DNA of 64,000 nucleotides from Orbicella franksi (Eukaryota): NCBI GenBank assembly GCA_964199315.1, contig OZ116706.1, positions 6,262,001 to 6,326,000 of the forward strand, read 5' to 3'. Shown piece by piece: positions 11,218 to 23,693 of this stretch (position 1 is its first letter; each line of letters starts with the position of its first letter). The notes under the pieces were generated by a model. It saw only the letters and a program-made list of their open reading frames with translations, ran no database searches and was not told where the DNA came from. The position numbers and the translations under genes were made by a program.

Positions 11218-12283
11218 TGTAACTCTCTTTCAAAAGTAAAGTCCGGTAATCAGTGTCAGTGCAAAACATATTAGACTGCTTTTGCGCCGAGGAACCGCGC
11301 CAGTGGGAGGCTGCCTAGTGAAGTGGGTGGGATGGGAGGGGTTCATAAGGAGACCCGTGATTAAAATTCGGGACGTTATAAACTGGTGATAGTGTTACTG
11401 TGGAAACCTGTTATGTCAGGAAAACCCAGAGAGCTTGACTTTTATATTGAAAAATCAATAGCACGCTCCAAAGAAGAGAACCTACGACTTCCAGTTAATG
11501 ACTTTTCGCTTAAGACGACAAGCGTAAAACCCAATTCATTTGTTCCGCTTGAGGTCTGAAGTTCAAAAGCTCTAGTACCACCAACTGATGGAGTCGCAGT
11601 GTTGACACATCCAAGTGTGCTGTTAAAGCTGCATCTTCTGTTCTTTTTCCTGCTACTAATATCAGCAGATGAGGCGATCTTTTTAAGATCGCCTGGTGAT
11701 CTACTAAGCTTAGTAGTGATCAAATTTAGTACTGACTAGTGATAAAAAAAGGCTTATCACTATAATACAATTGTCGATTTCTACTCAGTGATTTTCTGTA
11801 TTTTTCAAAAAGGAAGATATACGATTTAAGATCACACTTAAAACATAGCCCAAACAAAGAGAAGAAAAGTCTAAGCGGCTTTTATAGTTGTAAATTTAAA
11901 GCTAGGACAGCCCCTAGTCAGCAAAAAAAAAAAAAAAAAACAGCCTCTTGGCTGTAACCTGAAAGAAGCGAATTACATATACAATACAAATACAATATAT
12001 ACGATAACCTTCATTTCACCTCGAAATTAAAATGGCAAAATTGCTAATATCTTCGAGAAAATGAATAAATGAAATAAAATAAGATGGATATGGAATAATA
12101 AAATAAGTTTATAACAAAATTGTACAAAAGTTGTACATCCAGCATAACTAGTCAGATTAAGTCAAAAGAAGCAAAGCAGAGGAAGCTGTGCCTGTTATTC
12201 TACCTTTATTGGAATGTGAAGACCCGACTGGGACAGCGAAAACTGCTATCGCTTTTGTTATAGCCTATGTTGCAAGTGTTCCC

Positions 12284-12677
12284 TGAGGCTCCGTCAACAC
12301 TAATGCGTTTTCGAAACCAGCTGTGTGTTTTCGGTGATCCATTTTGGTGGCGGAAAAGCGTCAGAATATTCGCCTCTACATTATCGTTATGCTTTTTACA
12401 TCATTTTTCCCGTCCACACTAAAACGCTCGAAAACGCAGGTATGCTATGACCACTGACCAAGCTTTTGTGATGGGAATGACGTCATCGTGTTTTCGCTGT
12501 CCACACTTGTTCACAGCAACACGATAGGTCTCCGTTTTCCGAAATGTCGGTGTCTCCACTCTAGACGGCGTTATCAAAATTATGCGCTTTCGATGAAAAC
12601 GATGAGCGTTTTCCTGATTGTTGTGGTGTGGACGGTAGGCAGTTTTCAAACGCGTTAGCGTATGTGAACGGGGTCAG
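12284..12677. mobile_element. PIF/Harbinger-like MITE
   Basis: Imperfect TIRs ctgaggctccgtcaacactaatgcgttt / aaacgcgttagcgtatgtgaacggggtcag. Internal ttttcgaaa / ccacact / gaaaacg motifs are shared with 41606-41911. Confidence 0.5.
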
Positions 12678-15600
12678 AGGCCGATCGTATGTTCCTAACA
12701 GAGAATCTTGCCAATAAACGCTACTTCAATAGCACCGTACAATCGTGCAACACCTTACCGTTAAGAATTAGTCTTGTATGTGTGTTTTATCCTTTAAAGA
12801 TCATCTGTTTGACCTATTTTGTTCCTGTTGTTTTGCTTTTCAGCTATTTTTCGTGTCCATTGGTAGGGACAATCGAACCATGAACACTCGACCTTTTTTA
12901 CATTTCTTTTTTTATGATTACCCCGAGACTGGAGGGATCCTCATGATATAAACAATAGGATAAATATTTGTACAATCTATAATTTATTGTTTCTGTTGAC
13001 TGAAGAGTTCTCGTTGGGTGGTCATCAAAAAAAATAAATGTGACGTGTTCATGGCTTGAGTGCGCTCTTTGTTTTTTCGTTGCTATATTCTCATTAAATT
13101 GTTCTTCAAAAAACGTCCCAAAGCACGTACACTTACCGAAATCCCAGTGCTTACGTTCTGACAAGCAAAGAACACAAAGTGAAAAACCGTCGAATGTTCC
13201 TAAGTCGTGGTTCAGTTAAAATAAACGAATTCCTCATTTCCGAGTGCTTCTTTCTTTCAGCAAGGTGGTTTGCTCCATTGCCCTAGAGTTCGCAGACGCA
13301 CCGCTCTCCCAAGTGTTAAAACCCGGGCTTTAAATCAAGAAAAACTCCTGGCTAGGCCTAAATATTTCGCCGGGGTCAATCTTCTCGGGTCAATTGACCG
13401 TGAAGTCCCAGTTGATTTGCTCTGACAGCATCGCCTAGCTTCATGCCAGATGACTCCAAAAAAGGATCGAAGATGTTTTGTTATGCAAAAAGATCAAATG
13501 AGATTATATTATTTGGTAAAAAAAAAAAAGAAAACTCCCTTTCAATCACGTGGTTTCTAAGAAAGAAAAAGCATCTCAGTTGTGGCTGGCATCTTCTGCT
13601 TCCCCGATCCACACAGATATATACAGCAACTCACAGGTAAGAAAGAGTAGTGCTTTACCATGCAATATAGATATATTTAGGGAAAATACCTGAGTTTATA
13701 GTTGAATTTGAACCCTGCAACCTAACCTCTTATTGAGAATGGAAATAGTTTGAGATGGTGGAATTCGAGAAAGCACGGATTGTAGAGAAAGGCAAAACCA
13801 TCTCTTGAACCAAAAATGATTTGAATTTGAGTGTAAACTGAGTTTGAGAAAGCGAGGTTCATCTGCAGTTTATTCAGGTTTGTACATGTAGCCGAGGCTT
13901 TCTAAACGAGGGGCTTGGCATACTTTCGCTCAAAAAAGCATTCCACTATGAAACGCGTAGAAAAGTCTAGAAGCAACTAGAGCTGAAAACAAATCTAGGT
14001 ACTTGAATACCTTCGTTTACCGCACCCAGATTCGAGTCGGAAATCTTGTCTATTCCTAATATCTTACAACATCAAGTCATTGACTTTGTATCAGCGGATT
14101 TTCGGTCTAATAGGGTGCGATGAATACCTATGAATTCCCTTTTCTTTCTCTTTGGAGGCACTTCATCGCACGGCTAATCTCGCTAAAACAAGACTGCATG
14201 CTCAACCAAACCGTCATCTGATTTGCCGCAGAAGCGAACTCAAAAGGTATGATTAGGGATGAGTGACGGAAAGGATGAAATTGTAATTTCTAGAGAAGAG
14301 GAGGACGCCAAAAACTTAGAATAAAAAGTTTCCTTTGAGAATTTTAACACGACGAACGAGATGCGTGGGCCTTCGTCTACTAATAAATTTGCATAAACCC
14401 TGAAGCCAAGCGGAACTTAACAAAAAACAACCTTCCAACTTGGAAACAGTAAAAATTGATAATGACTCAAGTCGTATTCGGCTTAAAATATCGAAAGTTT
14501 GCGTCGTGCATGTGGCCTGTCATTATTATTTCCACTTTAACATGGATCAAATACAACATGTCGACAGTCGATTACTATTAGTCAAATAGGTCACAGGACA
14601 TTCTCTAATTTTGACAAAAAGTTAAATTTATCGATTTCGGACGGATACAGACTGTTTCTTTGTGGTATAGCAGACAATTGATGTTCCGTTAGAAAACCGT
14701 CTGATAGTTTCACTCATCGAGAGAACCCAGGCTCTGCCGGTCTTATTGTTAAAAAGAGGGTTACATTCCCATAAAGCAAGCCAGATAATTGCTAGCTTGC
14801 GAATGACAAACATACTGGTTTATCACTGCTACAAAAATGCTTCGCCACATGTATTTCAATGTAGAACTGTTTCTTACCCTTTACGAGATAAACACGTAAC
14901 GAAATATCCCGATCAGTCGATGTATATTTGCAAATCAACAGGCAACAAGAGTGTGAGGTGAGCAGTCTCTGTACTGTTCTGATGAACCAACAACTTCTCA
15001 CAATCAAGTCAAACTGACTTGAAATGCTCATTTATCAGCCGGAATTCCCATCGCAGGACAGCTAAAATATATGTTTACCGTTTGTTAGAACTTTCGCTCC
15101 GAAAATCCTGATGCAAACTTTTGCGTACACTGATCTTGAACCAAAAATGATTTGAATTTGAGTGCAAACTGAGTTTGCGGAGAAAGCGAGGCTCATCTGC
15201 AGTTTATTCAGGTGTGTACATGTAGCCGAGGCTTTCTAAACGAGGAACCTGGCATACTTTCGCTCAAAAAAGATTCCTAAGTTAGTTAAAATGAAAGACT
15301 TCCTTGTCCTTGATTGCTTCTCTCTTTCATTATGCATTAACTTGGTTTGCTTCATTGTCCTCAATCACGTTATTTCTAAGAACGACCTCTTTTAAAAATT
15401 CAAGAAATTAAAGAGAGCAACAAAGCATCTAGATTCGGCAGACTTGTCCGATCTTGAAAGATATAGCAACTCATAGGTAAAGAAAGAGTCACTGCTTTAA
15501 AACAGTTCACAGTTGAACCCTGCTACCTCCAACTTTCATGGGAAACGGAAAATACTTTGAAATGGCGGGGAATCAAGATAGCAGATAGTACAGGATTACA

Positions 15601-17869
15601 AAAGCATACCTTGAACAGAAATTGATTTGAAGTTGAGAACGCGAGGTTCATCTGCAGTTTATTTACGTTTGTACATGTTGTCGTACAGGTCTAAACGAGG
15701 TACTAAGTACTTTGATTTCTCTTCGAGGCGTACATCAACATACACAAAGAGAAACTTCGAATCAAACGCGTGGAAAAGTCTGGAAGCGGAAAAAATGTCT
15801 AGGTGCTTAGATACCTTCATTTATGTTACCCAATACCGTACCCAGGTTTGCAATAAATGAGTCAGAATTCTTGTCTACTCTCCTAATATCTTACAACATC
15901 AAGTCTTTGACTTTGTATGACCAAATGTTCGGTCGAATTCGGGATACGGTGAATACCTTTTCGTTTCGCTTCGGCGGCACGGCAAACAACAGCCTCGCGC
16001 GCAATTAATCAAGTAGTCTCGTCCTAATACGTTCTAAGTGCTTCTTTCTTTCGGCAAGGTGGTTTGCTTCATTGCCCTAGAGTTCGCAGATGTACCGCTC
16101 TCCCAAGTGTTAAAACCCGGGCTTTAAATCCAGAAATTAAAACTCCTTGCTTTAATTAGTTCCTAGGCCTAAATACTTTGCCGGGGTCAATCTTCTCGGG
16201 TCAATTGACCGTGAAGTCCCAGTTGTTTTGCAAAACCTCTAACAACATCGCCTGGCTTCATGACAGTGACCCCAAAAAAGGATTGAAGGTGTTTTGTTAT
16301 GCAAATAGATCAAAAGAGATTATATTATTTTGTTAAAAAGGGAAAATTCCCTTTCAATCACGTGATCTCAGTTGCATCTCAGTTGTGGCTGGCTTGTTCT
16401 GCTTCCCCGATCCACACAGATATATACAGCAACTCACAGGTAAGAAAGAGTAGTGCTTTACCATGCAGTATAGATATATTTAGGGAAAATATCTGAGTTT
16501 ATAGTTGAATTTGAACTCTACAACCTTAAACTCTTATTGAGAATGGAAATAGTTTGAGATGGTGGAAATTCGAGAAAGCAGATCGCAGAGAAAGGCAAAA
16601 CAATCTCTTAAACAAAAAATGATTTGAATTTGAGTGTAAACTGAGTTTGAGAAAGCGAGGTTCATCTGCAGTTTATTCAGGTTTGTACATGTAGCCGAGG
16701 CTTTCTAAACGAGGGGCTTGGTATACTTTCGCTCAAAAAAGCATTCCACTATGAAACCCGTAGAAAAGTCTGTAAACAACTAGAGCTGAAAAAAAATCAA
16801 GGTGCTTGAATACCTTCGTTTACCACATCCAGATTCGAGTCAGAAATCTCTTCTACTTCTAATATCTTACAACATCAAGTCATTGACTTTGTATCGCCGC
16901 CGGGATTTTCGGTCTAATCGGGTATACGTGCGATAAATGCCTATGAATTATCTTTTCTTTCTCTTTGGCGGCACTTCATCCCAGCTAATCTCGCTAAAAC
17001 GCGACTGTACTGCCCAACCAAACCGTCGTCTGATTTTCTGCAGAAGCGAACTTAAAAGGTATGATTAGGGATGAGTAACGGAACGGATGAAATGATGATT
17101 TCTAGAGAAGAGAAGAACGCCAATAACTGAGAATAACAAGTTTCCTTTAAGAATTTTAACACAACGAGCGAGAAGGAACATGGGCCTTCGTCTAGCAATA
17201 AATTTGCATGAAACCTGAAGCAGAACTTTGCCAAAAACAACCTTCCAACTTGGAAGGAGTAAAAATTAATCATGACTCAAGTCGTATTCGGTTTAAAATA
17301 TCCAAAGTTTGCGTCGTGCTTGTGGTCTGTCATTATTCCACTTTAACATGGATCAAATACAACATGTCGACAGTCGCTTTTCTCAAAGGATTACTATTAG
17401 TCAAATAGGTCAGAGGACATTCTCTAATTTTGACAAAAAGGTAAATTTATCGATTTCGGACGGATACAGACTGTTTCTGTGTGGTATAGCAGACAACTGA
17501 TGTTCTATTAGAAAGCCGTCTGATCGTTTCACTCATCGAGAAAACCCAGCTTTGTCCAGTCTTATTGTTAAAAAGAGGGTTGCATTCCCATATAGCCAGC
17601 CAGATAATTGATAGTTTGCGAATGGCAAACAAACTGGCTTATCACTGCTACAAAAATGCTTCGCTACATGTATTCCAATGTAGAGCTGTTTCTTACCCTT
17701 TACGAGATAAACACGTAACGTAATATCCAGGTCAGTCGATGCATATTTGCAAACCGACAGGCAACAAGAGACTGTGAGGGAGCAGTGTCCGATGTACTGT
17801 TCTGATGAGCCAACAACTTCTTAAACTCAAACTGACTTGAAATGCACATTTATCAGCCGGAATGAGATA

Positions 17870-18231
17870 TCGAAAGCCGAAATAAGAAAATGACGTATTA
17901 TCTACTAAGTAGGAGACGAAGGTGAAGTTTTCTTGCGTCAAAATGGCGGACGAAGTTGTTGTTGACTGATTGAAATGAAATCGTTTCTTAAAAAGTACTG
18001 CACGGATTAAAGCGAAAAGCATCTCTTTAGAAAGGTTTTTTTAAAGCGCAGGACAGTTAAAATAATTGTTTACCGTTTGTTAGAACTTTCGCTCCGAAAA
18101 TCCTGGTGCAAACTTTTGCGTATTTAATTTTGTAAGTGAAAATGTCGTACGCGTGTAAATGGTCCTAAGTCATGTCATAGCCTGTCGTAAGCTTGTCGCA
18201 TGCGACAAAGTCGTACCGTGTAAATCGGCCC
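17870..18231. mobile_element. Right-hand part of the Harbinger-type MITE (left end deleted)
   Basis: Matches the full copy at 20717-21216 and ends in gtgtaaatcggccc followed by TTA. Confidence 0.75.
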
Positions 18232-20716
18232 TTAAGACTAACCTACAGATTATTGAGCCATGCTTAGTATTTGATGCCTATAGAAACAGGAAAAATACTA
18301 CTACATATTTGCATATACTCTTTTAATATAAATATTTATTATCTTATATAATTTCACGCTAACAGCTCCTATTCATTTCTTTTCCACAATAAAAATGCAA
18401 GCTACTGATAAAGTGGTTTTTAATTATAAGAATGCCCCACTGTCAACCTAAGTTAGTTAAAATGAAAGACTTCCTTGCCCTTGATTGCTTCTCTCTTTCA
18501 TTATGTAATAAGGTAGTTTGCTTCGTTGCCCTCAATCACGTTATTTCTAAGAAAACCTTCTCTTGAAAATTCAAGAAATTAAAGAGAGCAAGAAAGCCTC
18601 TAGATTCGGCAGACTTGTCCGATCTTGAAAGATACAGCAACTCATAGGTAAGGAAAGAGTCGCTGCTTTAAAATAGTTCACAGTTGAACCCTGCTACCTC
18701 CAACTTTCATGAGAAACGGAAAATAGTTCGAAATGGAGGAGAATCAAGATAGCAGATAATAGAGGAATGCAAAAGCACGCCTTGAACGGAAAATGATTTG
18801 AATTTGAGAAAGCGAGAATCATCTGCAGTTTATTTATGTTTGTACATGTTGTCGTAGACTTCTAAACGAGGGACTAAGCACTTTAATTTCTCTTCGAAGG
18901 GTACATCAACATACACAACTGAGAAACTTCGAATGAAACGCGTGGAAAATTCTGGAAGCGGAAAAAATGTCTACGTGCTTAGATACCTTCATTTATATTA
19001 CCCAATACCATACCCAGGTTTGCAATAAATGAGTCAGAAATCTTGTCTGCTCTCCTGATATCTTACAACATCAAGTCTTTGACTTTTTATGACCAGATGT
19101 TCGGTCGAATTCGGGTACGGTGAATACCTAATTGTACCTTTTCGTTTCGCTTCGGCGGCACGGCAAACCTCAGCCTCGCGCGCAGTTAATCAAGTAGTCT
19201 CGTTCTGATACGAATCACAGCGAAGCCAACCAAAGAGGTACGATTAGGGATAAGTATCGTAACAGATGAATTAAATGTAACTATTAATGAAGAAGATGAA
19301 GGGATCAATAAGAATTACAAGTTTCCTTTGAGCACGACAGCGGGCCAGTAGATGCGCCTTCGTTCAAATTTGCATAACACTGATCTTGAACCAAAACTGA
19401 TTTGAATTTGAGTGTAAATTGAGTTTGAGAAAGTGAGGCTCATCTGCAGTTTATTCAGGTGTGTACATGTAGCCGAGGCTCTCTAAACGAAGGACTTGGC
19501 ATACTTTCGCTCAAAAAAGCATTCCACTATGAAACGCGTAGAAAAGTCTAGAAGCAACTAGAGCGGAAAAAAATTATAGATACTTGAATACCTACGTTTA
19601 CCGCACCCAGATTCGAGTCAGAAATCTTGTCTACTCCGAATGTCTTACAACATCAAGTCATTGACTTTGTATCACCGGATTTTCAGTTTAATTGGGTGCA
19701 ATGAATACTTATGAATTCCCTTTCCTTTCTCTTTGGCGCACTTCACCGCAGCTAATCTCGCTAAAACTCGACTGCACTGCTCAACCAAACCGTCATCTGA
19801 TTTTCCGCAGAAGCGAACTTAAAAGGTATGATTAGCGATGAGTAACGGAAAGGATGAAATTGTAATTTCTAGAGAAGAGGAGGACGCCAATGACTTAGAA
19901 TAACAAGTTTCCTTTAAGAATTTTAACACGACGAGCGTGAAGGTGCGTGGGCCTAAATCGTCTACTAATAAATTTGCATAAACCCTGAAGCTAAGCGGAA
20001 CTTAACCAAAAACAACCTTCCAGCTTGGAAACAGTAAAAATTGATAGTGACACAAGTCGTATTCGGTTTAAAATATTGAAAGTTTGCGTCGTGAAATGTG
20101 GCCTGTCTTTATTATTTCCACTTTAACATGGATCAAATACAGCATGTCGACAGTCGATTACTATTAGTCAAATAGGTCACAGGACATTCTCTAATTTTGA
20201 CAAAAAGGTAAATTTATCGATTTCGGACGGATACAGACTGTTTCTGTTTGGTATAGCAGACAACTGATGCTCTATTAGAAAACCGTCTGATCGTTTCACT
20301 CATCGAGAAAACCCAGCTTTGTCTAGTCTTATTGTTAAAAAGAGGGTTACATTCCCATACAGTCAGCCAGATAATTGATAGTTTGCGAATGGCAAACACA
20401 CTGGTTTATCACTGCTACAAAAATGCTTCGCCACATGTCTTCCAATGTGCAACTGTTTCTTACCCTTTACGAGATGAACACGTAAAGTAATATCCCGATC
20501 AGTCAATCGTTGCATATTTGCAAATCAGCAGACAGCCGAAGAGTGTGAGGGGAGCAGTCTCTGCACTGTTCTGATGAACCAACAACTTGTACTGTAACTT
20601 CTCAAAGTCAAACTGACTTGAAAGGCACCTTTATCAGCCGGAACGGGAAATTCACATCTTTGGAAGTTTATCACCAGCAAAATTCTGTAGTTGGTGGTCA
20701 TCTTTATTCTTGCTAT

Positions 20717-21216
20717 GGGCCGATTTACATGGCACGACTTTACCACATGCGACAAGGTTACGACGGGCCTTCGACATGAATTGTTCTGTGTAAATCAAAC
20801 CTACAACTCGCTTACGGCTGTTGTGTATGTCAAAAAAAAACGCCGCGACAATCGTAGCCGAAATAAGAAGATGACGTATTATCTACTAAGTAGCAGACGA
20901 AGGTGAAGTTTTCTTGTGTCAAAATGGCGGACCAAGTCAGTGTTGTTGACTGATTCAAATGAAACCGTTTCTCAAAAAGTACTGAACGGATTAAAGCGAA
21001 AAAGATCTCTTTAGAAAGTTTTTTTCAAAGCGCAGGACAGCTAAAATATTTGTTTACCGTTTGTTAGAACTATCGCTCCGAAAATTCCTGTGCAAACTTT
21101 TGCATATTTAATTTTGTAAGTGAAAATGTGGTGCGCGTGTTAATGGTCCTAAGTCATGTCGCAGGCCTGTCGTAAGCTTGTCGCATGCGACAAAGTCGTA
21201 CCGTTGAAATCGATTC
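20717..21216. mobile_element. PIF/Harbinger-type MITE, near full length
   Basis: About 50-bp imperfect TIRs gggccgatttacatggcacgacttt... / ...aaagtcgtaccgttgaaatcg. GGGCC termini and the TWA flank (seen in the 18231 copy) fit Harbinger. The site is empty in the related segment at ~30235. Confidence 0.75.
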
Positions 21217-22287
21217 TAAGACTAACCTACAGATTATTGAGCCATGCTTAGTATTTGATGCCTATAGAAACAGGAAAATTACTGGTACATAACTGCATAT
21301 AGTCTTCTTATATAAATATTTCTAATCTTATATAATTTCACAGTAACAGCTCCTATTAATTTCTTTTTTCACAATGAAAATGCAAGCTACTGATAAAATG
21401 GTTTTTAATTATAAGCATGACCAGAAGCATATCACCTTGTCAGATCTTGAAAGAAAGAGTCACTGCTTTAAAATAGTTCACAGTTGAACCCTGCTACCTC
21501 CAACTTTCATGGGAAACGGAAAATACTTTGAAATGGCGGGGAATCAAGACAGCAGATAGTAGAGGAATGCAAAAGCATACCTTGAGCCGAAATTGATTTG
21601 AAGTTGAGAACGCGAGGTTCATCTGCAGTTTATTTACGTTTGTACATGTTGTCGTAAACTTCTAAAGGAGGTACTAAGTACTTTGATTTCTCTTCGAAGC
21701 GTACACCAACATACACAAAGAGAAACTTCGAATGAAACGCGTGGAAAAGTCTGAAAGCGAAAAAAAATGTCTAGGTGCTTAGATACCTTCATTTATATTA
21801 CCCAATGCCGTACCCAGGTTTGCAATAAATGAGTCAGAAGTCTTGTCTACTCTCCTGGTATCTTACAACATCAAGTCTCTGACTTTGTATGACCAGATGT
21901 TCGGTCGAATTCGGATACGGTGAATACCTTTTCGTTTCGCTTCAGCGGCACGGCAAACATCAGCCTCGCGCGCAATTAATCAAGTAGTCTCGTCCTAATA
22001 GGAACTACTGAGAAGCCAACCAAAGAGGTGCGATTAGGGAAAAGCACCGTAACGGATGAATTAAATGTAACTAATGAAGAGGATGCAGTGATGAATAAGA
22101 ATTACAAGTTTCTTTTGAACACGACAGGCCAGTAGATGCGCCTTCGTTTAAATTTGCATGAAACTGACGTGAAGCGGAACTTTATTGACCAAAAACCCTC
22201 TCAACTTAGAAACCGTAGTATTAATAATGACCTAAGTCATATTTGATTCAAAATATTCAACGTTTCTGTTGTGTGGCCAGTCATTAT

Positions 22288-22506
22288 AAGGACACAGGAG
22301 ACTTCGAGATCAAGATCGAGTACAAGTACGACTTTTCAAATCTAGGTTTATACACCGAGGCTTTGCATTATCATGTAAAATACCCATCTCATCGCATGAG
22401 TTACCCTCTCTATCTAAAACCAACGTGAAGATCGAGGGCTCTGGAAACGTCGCTGGTCTGAAATTTGAGACTCGCACTAGTCATCCGTGCAAACTAAAGG
22501 TCCCTA
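22288..22506. mobile_element. Degenerate ~215-bp insertion, probable MITE
   Basis: Present between cattat and tattattttccac in the last array unit but absent from the B units. Ends in aaaggtcccta. Confidence 0.45.
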
Positions 22507-22919
22507 TTATTTCCACCTAACATGGATCAAATACAATATTTTGTCAAGGGATTTTTTAGTAAAGTAGGTCTCATGACCTCTTAATATCTTATTTTGAAAA
22601 AATTGTAAATTTATTCCATTGCGGATGCAGATTTTTTCTATGTTCGAAAGCAGAAAGTTCTACAAGAAATGACAAATACCCGGGTTGTTAAGGGTTGCCC
22701 AGTTCTTCGCCAGATTACCGGTTTGCGAATGGCAAACACTCTGGTTTATGCTTCTGATATAGATCACTTTCTCGAAAATTCTCGAATATGCCAGAGGCCG
22801 GTCTGTTGCTTATATTAAAGAAATGCTTCAGAACCCAGCCAGCTCTGTACAAACTAAGTTACATTCATTTTATCATTATTTTTTACTTTCAGCTTTTAAC
22901 AAGCGCCATCGTAAGAAAA

Positions 22920-23693
22920 ATGGACTGGGTCGTTTGGGGAGTGACGCAAGCCGCAAAGACTGGAGTAAAAATAGCTTTAAATGCCTACCTACCTGGGTCA
23001 GGTATAGCCGTAGATTTTGTTGAAGCGGCAGTGTGTTACTGCAGTGGTGATGTAACTGGTTGTACGATAAGCTTGATCTCGGGCGTCACTAGCCTCTCTC
23101 CGGTTAGTCCTGAGGGCGTCATTAAAGGGGCAATGGAAAGCAGTGCAAAGGAAGCTGTTGTTCAAACTGCAAAAGAAACGGCGAAGTCCGCTGGGAAGGA
23201 AGCTACAAGAAATGTTGGTCAGGACCTTGCAAAAAAGCTTGCAATGGGTACGGCTAAAGGTGGAAAAGATGCCGCTATTAAAACGGCAAAAGCAGCCGCA
23301 GCGTTCGCCTCTAAAGAAGCAACCAGAAAGGTGGGTCAGCAAGTTGGAGAGGAACTTGCAAAAGGTTTGATCCCTTCAGCAGTTGAAGGAGCCTGGTACG
23401 AAGGTACCAAGATGACGTTGAACAAGTTCCTCCGAGATACTTCGTTATCTGGCATTTCTAGTGGAGGACATGAGATTGGGAAAACAATTGTGGAGGATTG
23501 GATCGCGATGGGGATTAACGAGGGGTTTAAACGGGAACCTTTAAAGATTGCGTTTGAATTAGCCGGGGAAGCCGCTAAAAAAGGTGCAAATGAAGAGTTT
23601 ATGAAACAATCTTACAAAATTCTTGTTCAAGACGTGAACATTGCACTTCTAAAAGGAGGCATAAGATTGAATCAGGGTGAAGACAGAAAATAA
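22920..23693 (+). CDS. Orphan 257-aa Ala/Gly/Lys-rich protein in a single coding exon; candidate membrane-active/toxin-like protein
   Basis: Open frame 22788-23693. A strong splice acceptor (ttttatcattattttttactttcag) ends at 22892 and the ATG at 22920 has good context (aaaaATGG). The composition is strongly protein-like, and a diverged duplicate of its 3' end at 26451-26575 has in-frame indels. Confidence 0.8.
   Translation: MDWVVWGVTQAAKTGVKIALNAYLPGSGIAVDFVEAAVCYCSGDVTGCTISLISGVTSLSPVSPEGVIKGAMESSAKEAVVQTAKETAKSAGKEATRNVGQDLAKKLAMGTAKGGKDAAIKTAKAAAAFASKEATRKVGQQVGEELAKGLIPSAVEGAWYEGTKMTLNKFLRDTSLSGISSGGHEIGKTIVEDWIAMGINEGFKREPLKIAFELAGEAAKKGANEEFMKQSYKILVQDVNIALLKGGIRLNQGEDRK

Larger units (their letters stand above)
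13220..22290 (+). repeat. Nested tandem array: three ~2.8-kb higher-order repeats, each built from two diverged subunits (B and C)
   Basis: Anchor motif gcgag(g/a)(t/c/a)tcatctgcagtttatt occurs 7 times: B-type at ~13852, ~15186 (partial), ~16655, ~19433; C-type at ~15641, ~18812, ~21612. B spacing is ~2800/2780 and C spacing ~3170/2800. Confidence 0.9.

Noticed and set aside
14980-15035. ctgatga...gaaa in B subunits as a hammerhead
   Set aside because: No stem II closes between the two boxes and there is no stem III or cleavage triplet.
15960-15985. gtttcgcttcggcggcac resembling the U6 snRNA 5' hairpin (also ~19142, ~21932)
   Set aside because: Similarity stops after ~18 nt; the ACAGAGA box and the rest of U6 are absent.
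14628-20399. Thrice-repeated 61-aa minus-strand ORF (MF.IRKL.IIWL..WECNPLF...)
   Set aside because: Starts at non-ATG codons, recurs only because the DNA is recently triplicated, and is disrupted in the older homologous segment at 22500-22760.
13220-22290. CRISPR-like or snRNA gene array
   Set aside because: Units are kilobase-scale with no repeat-spacer structure, and no U1, U2, U4 or U5 sequence was found despite the octamer motifs.
22788-22892. N-terminal 35 codons of the 301-aa ORF-track protein
   Set aside because: They run through a pyrimidine tract and AG acceptor, so they are most likely intron read in frame.
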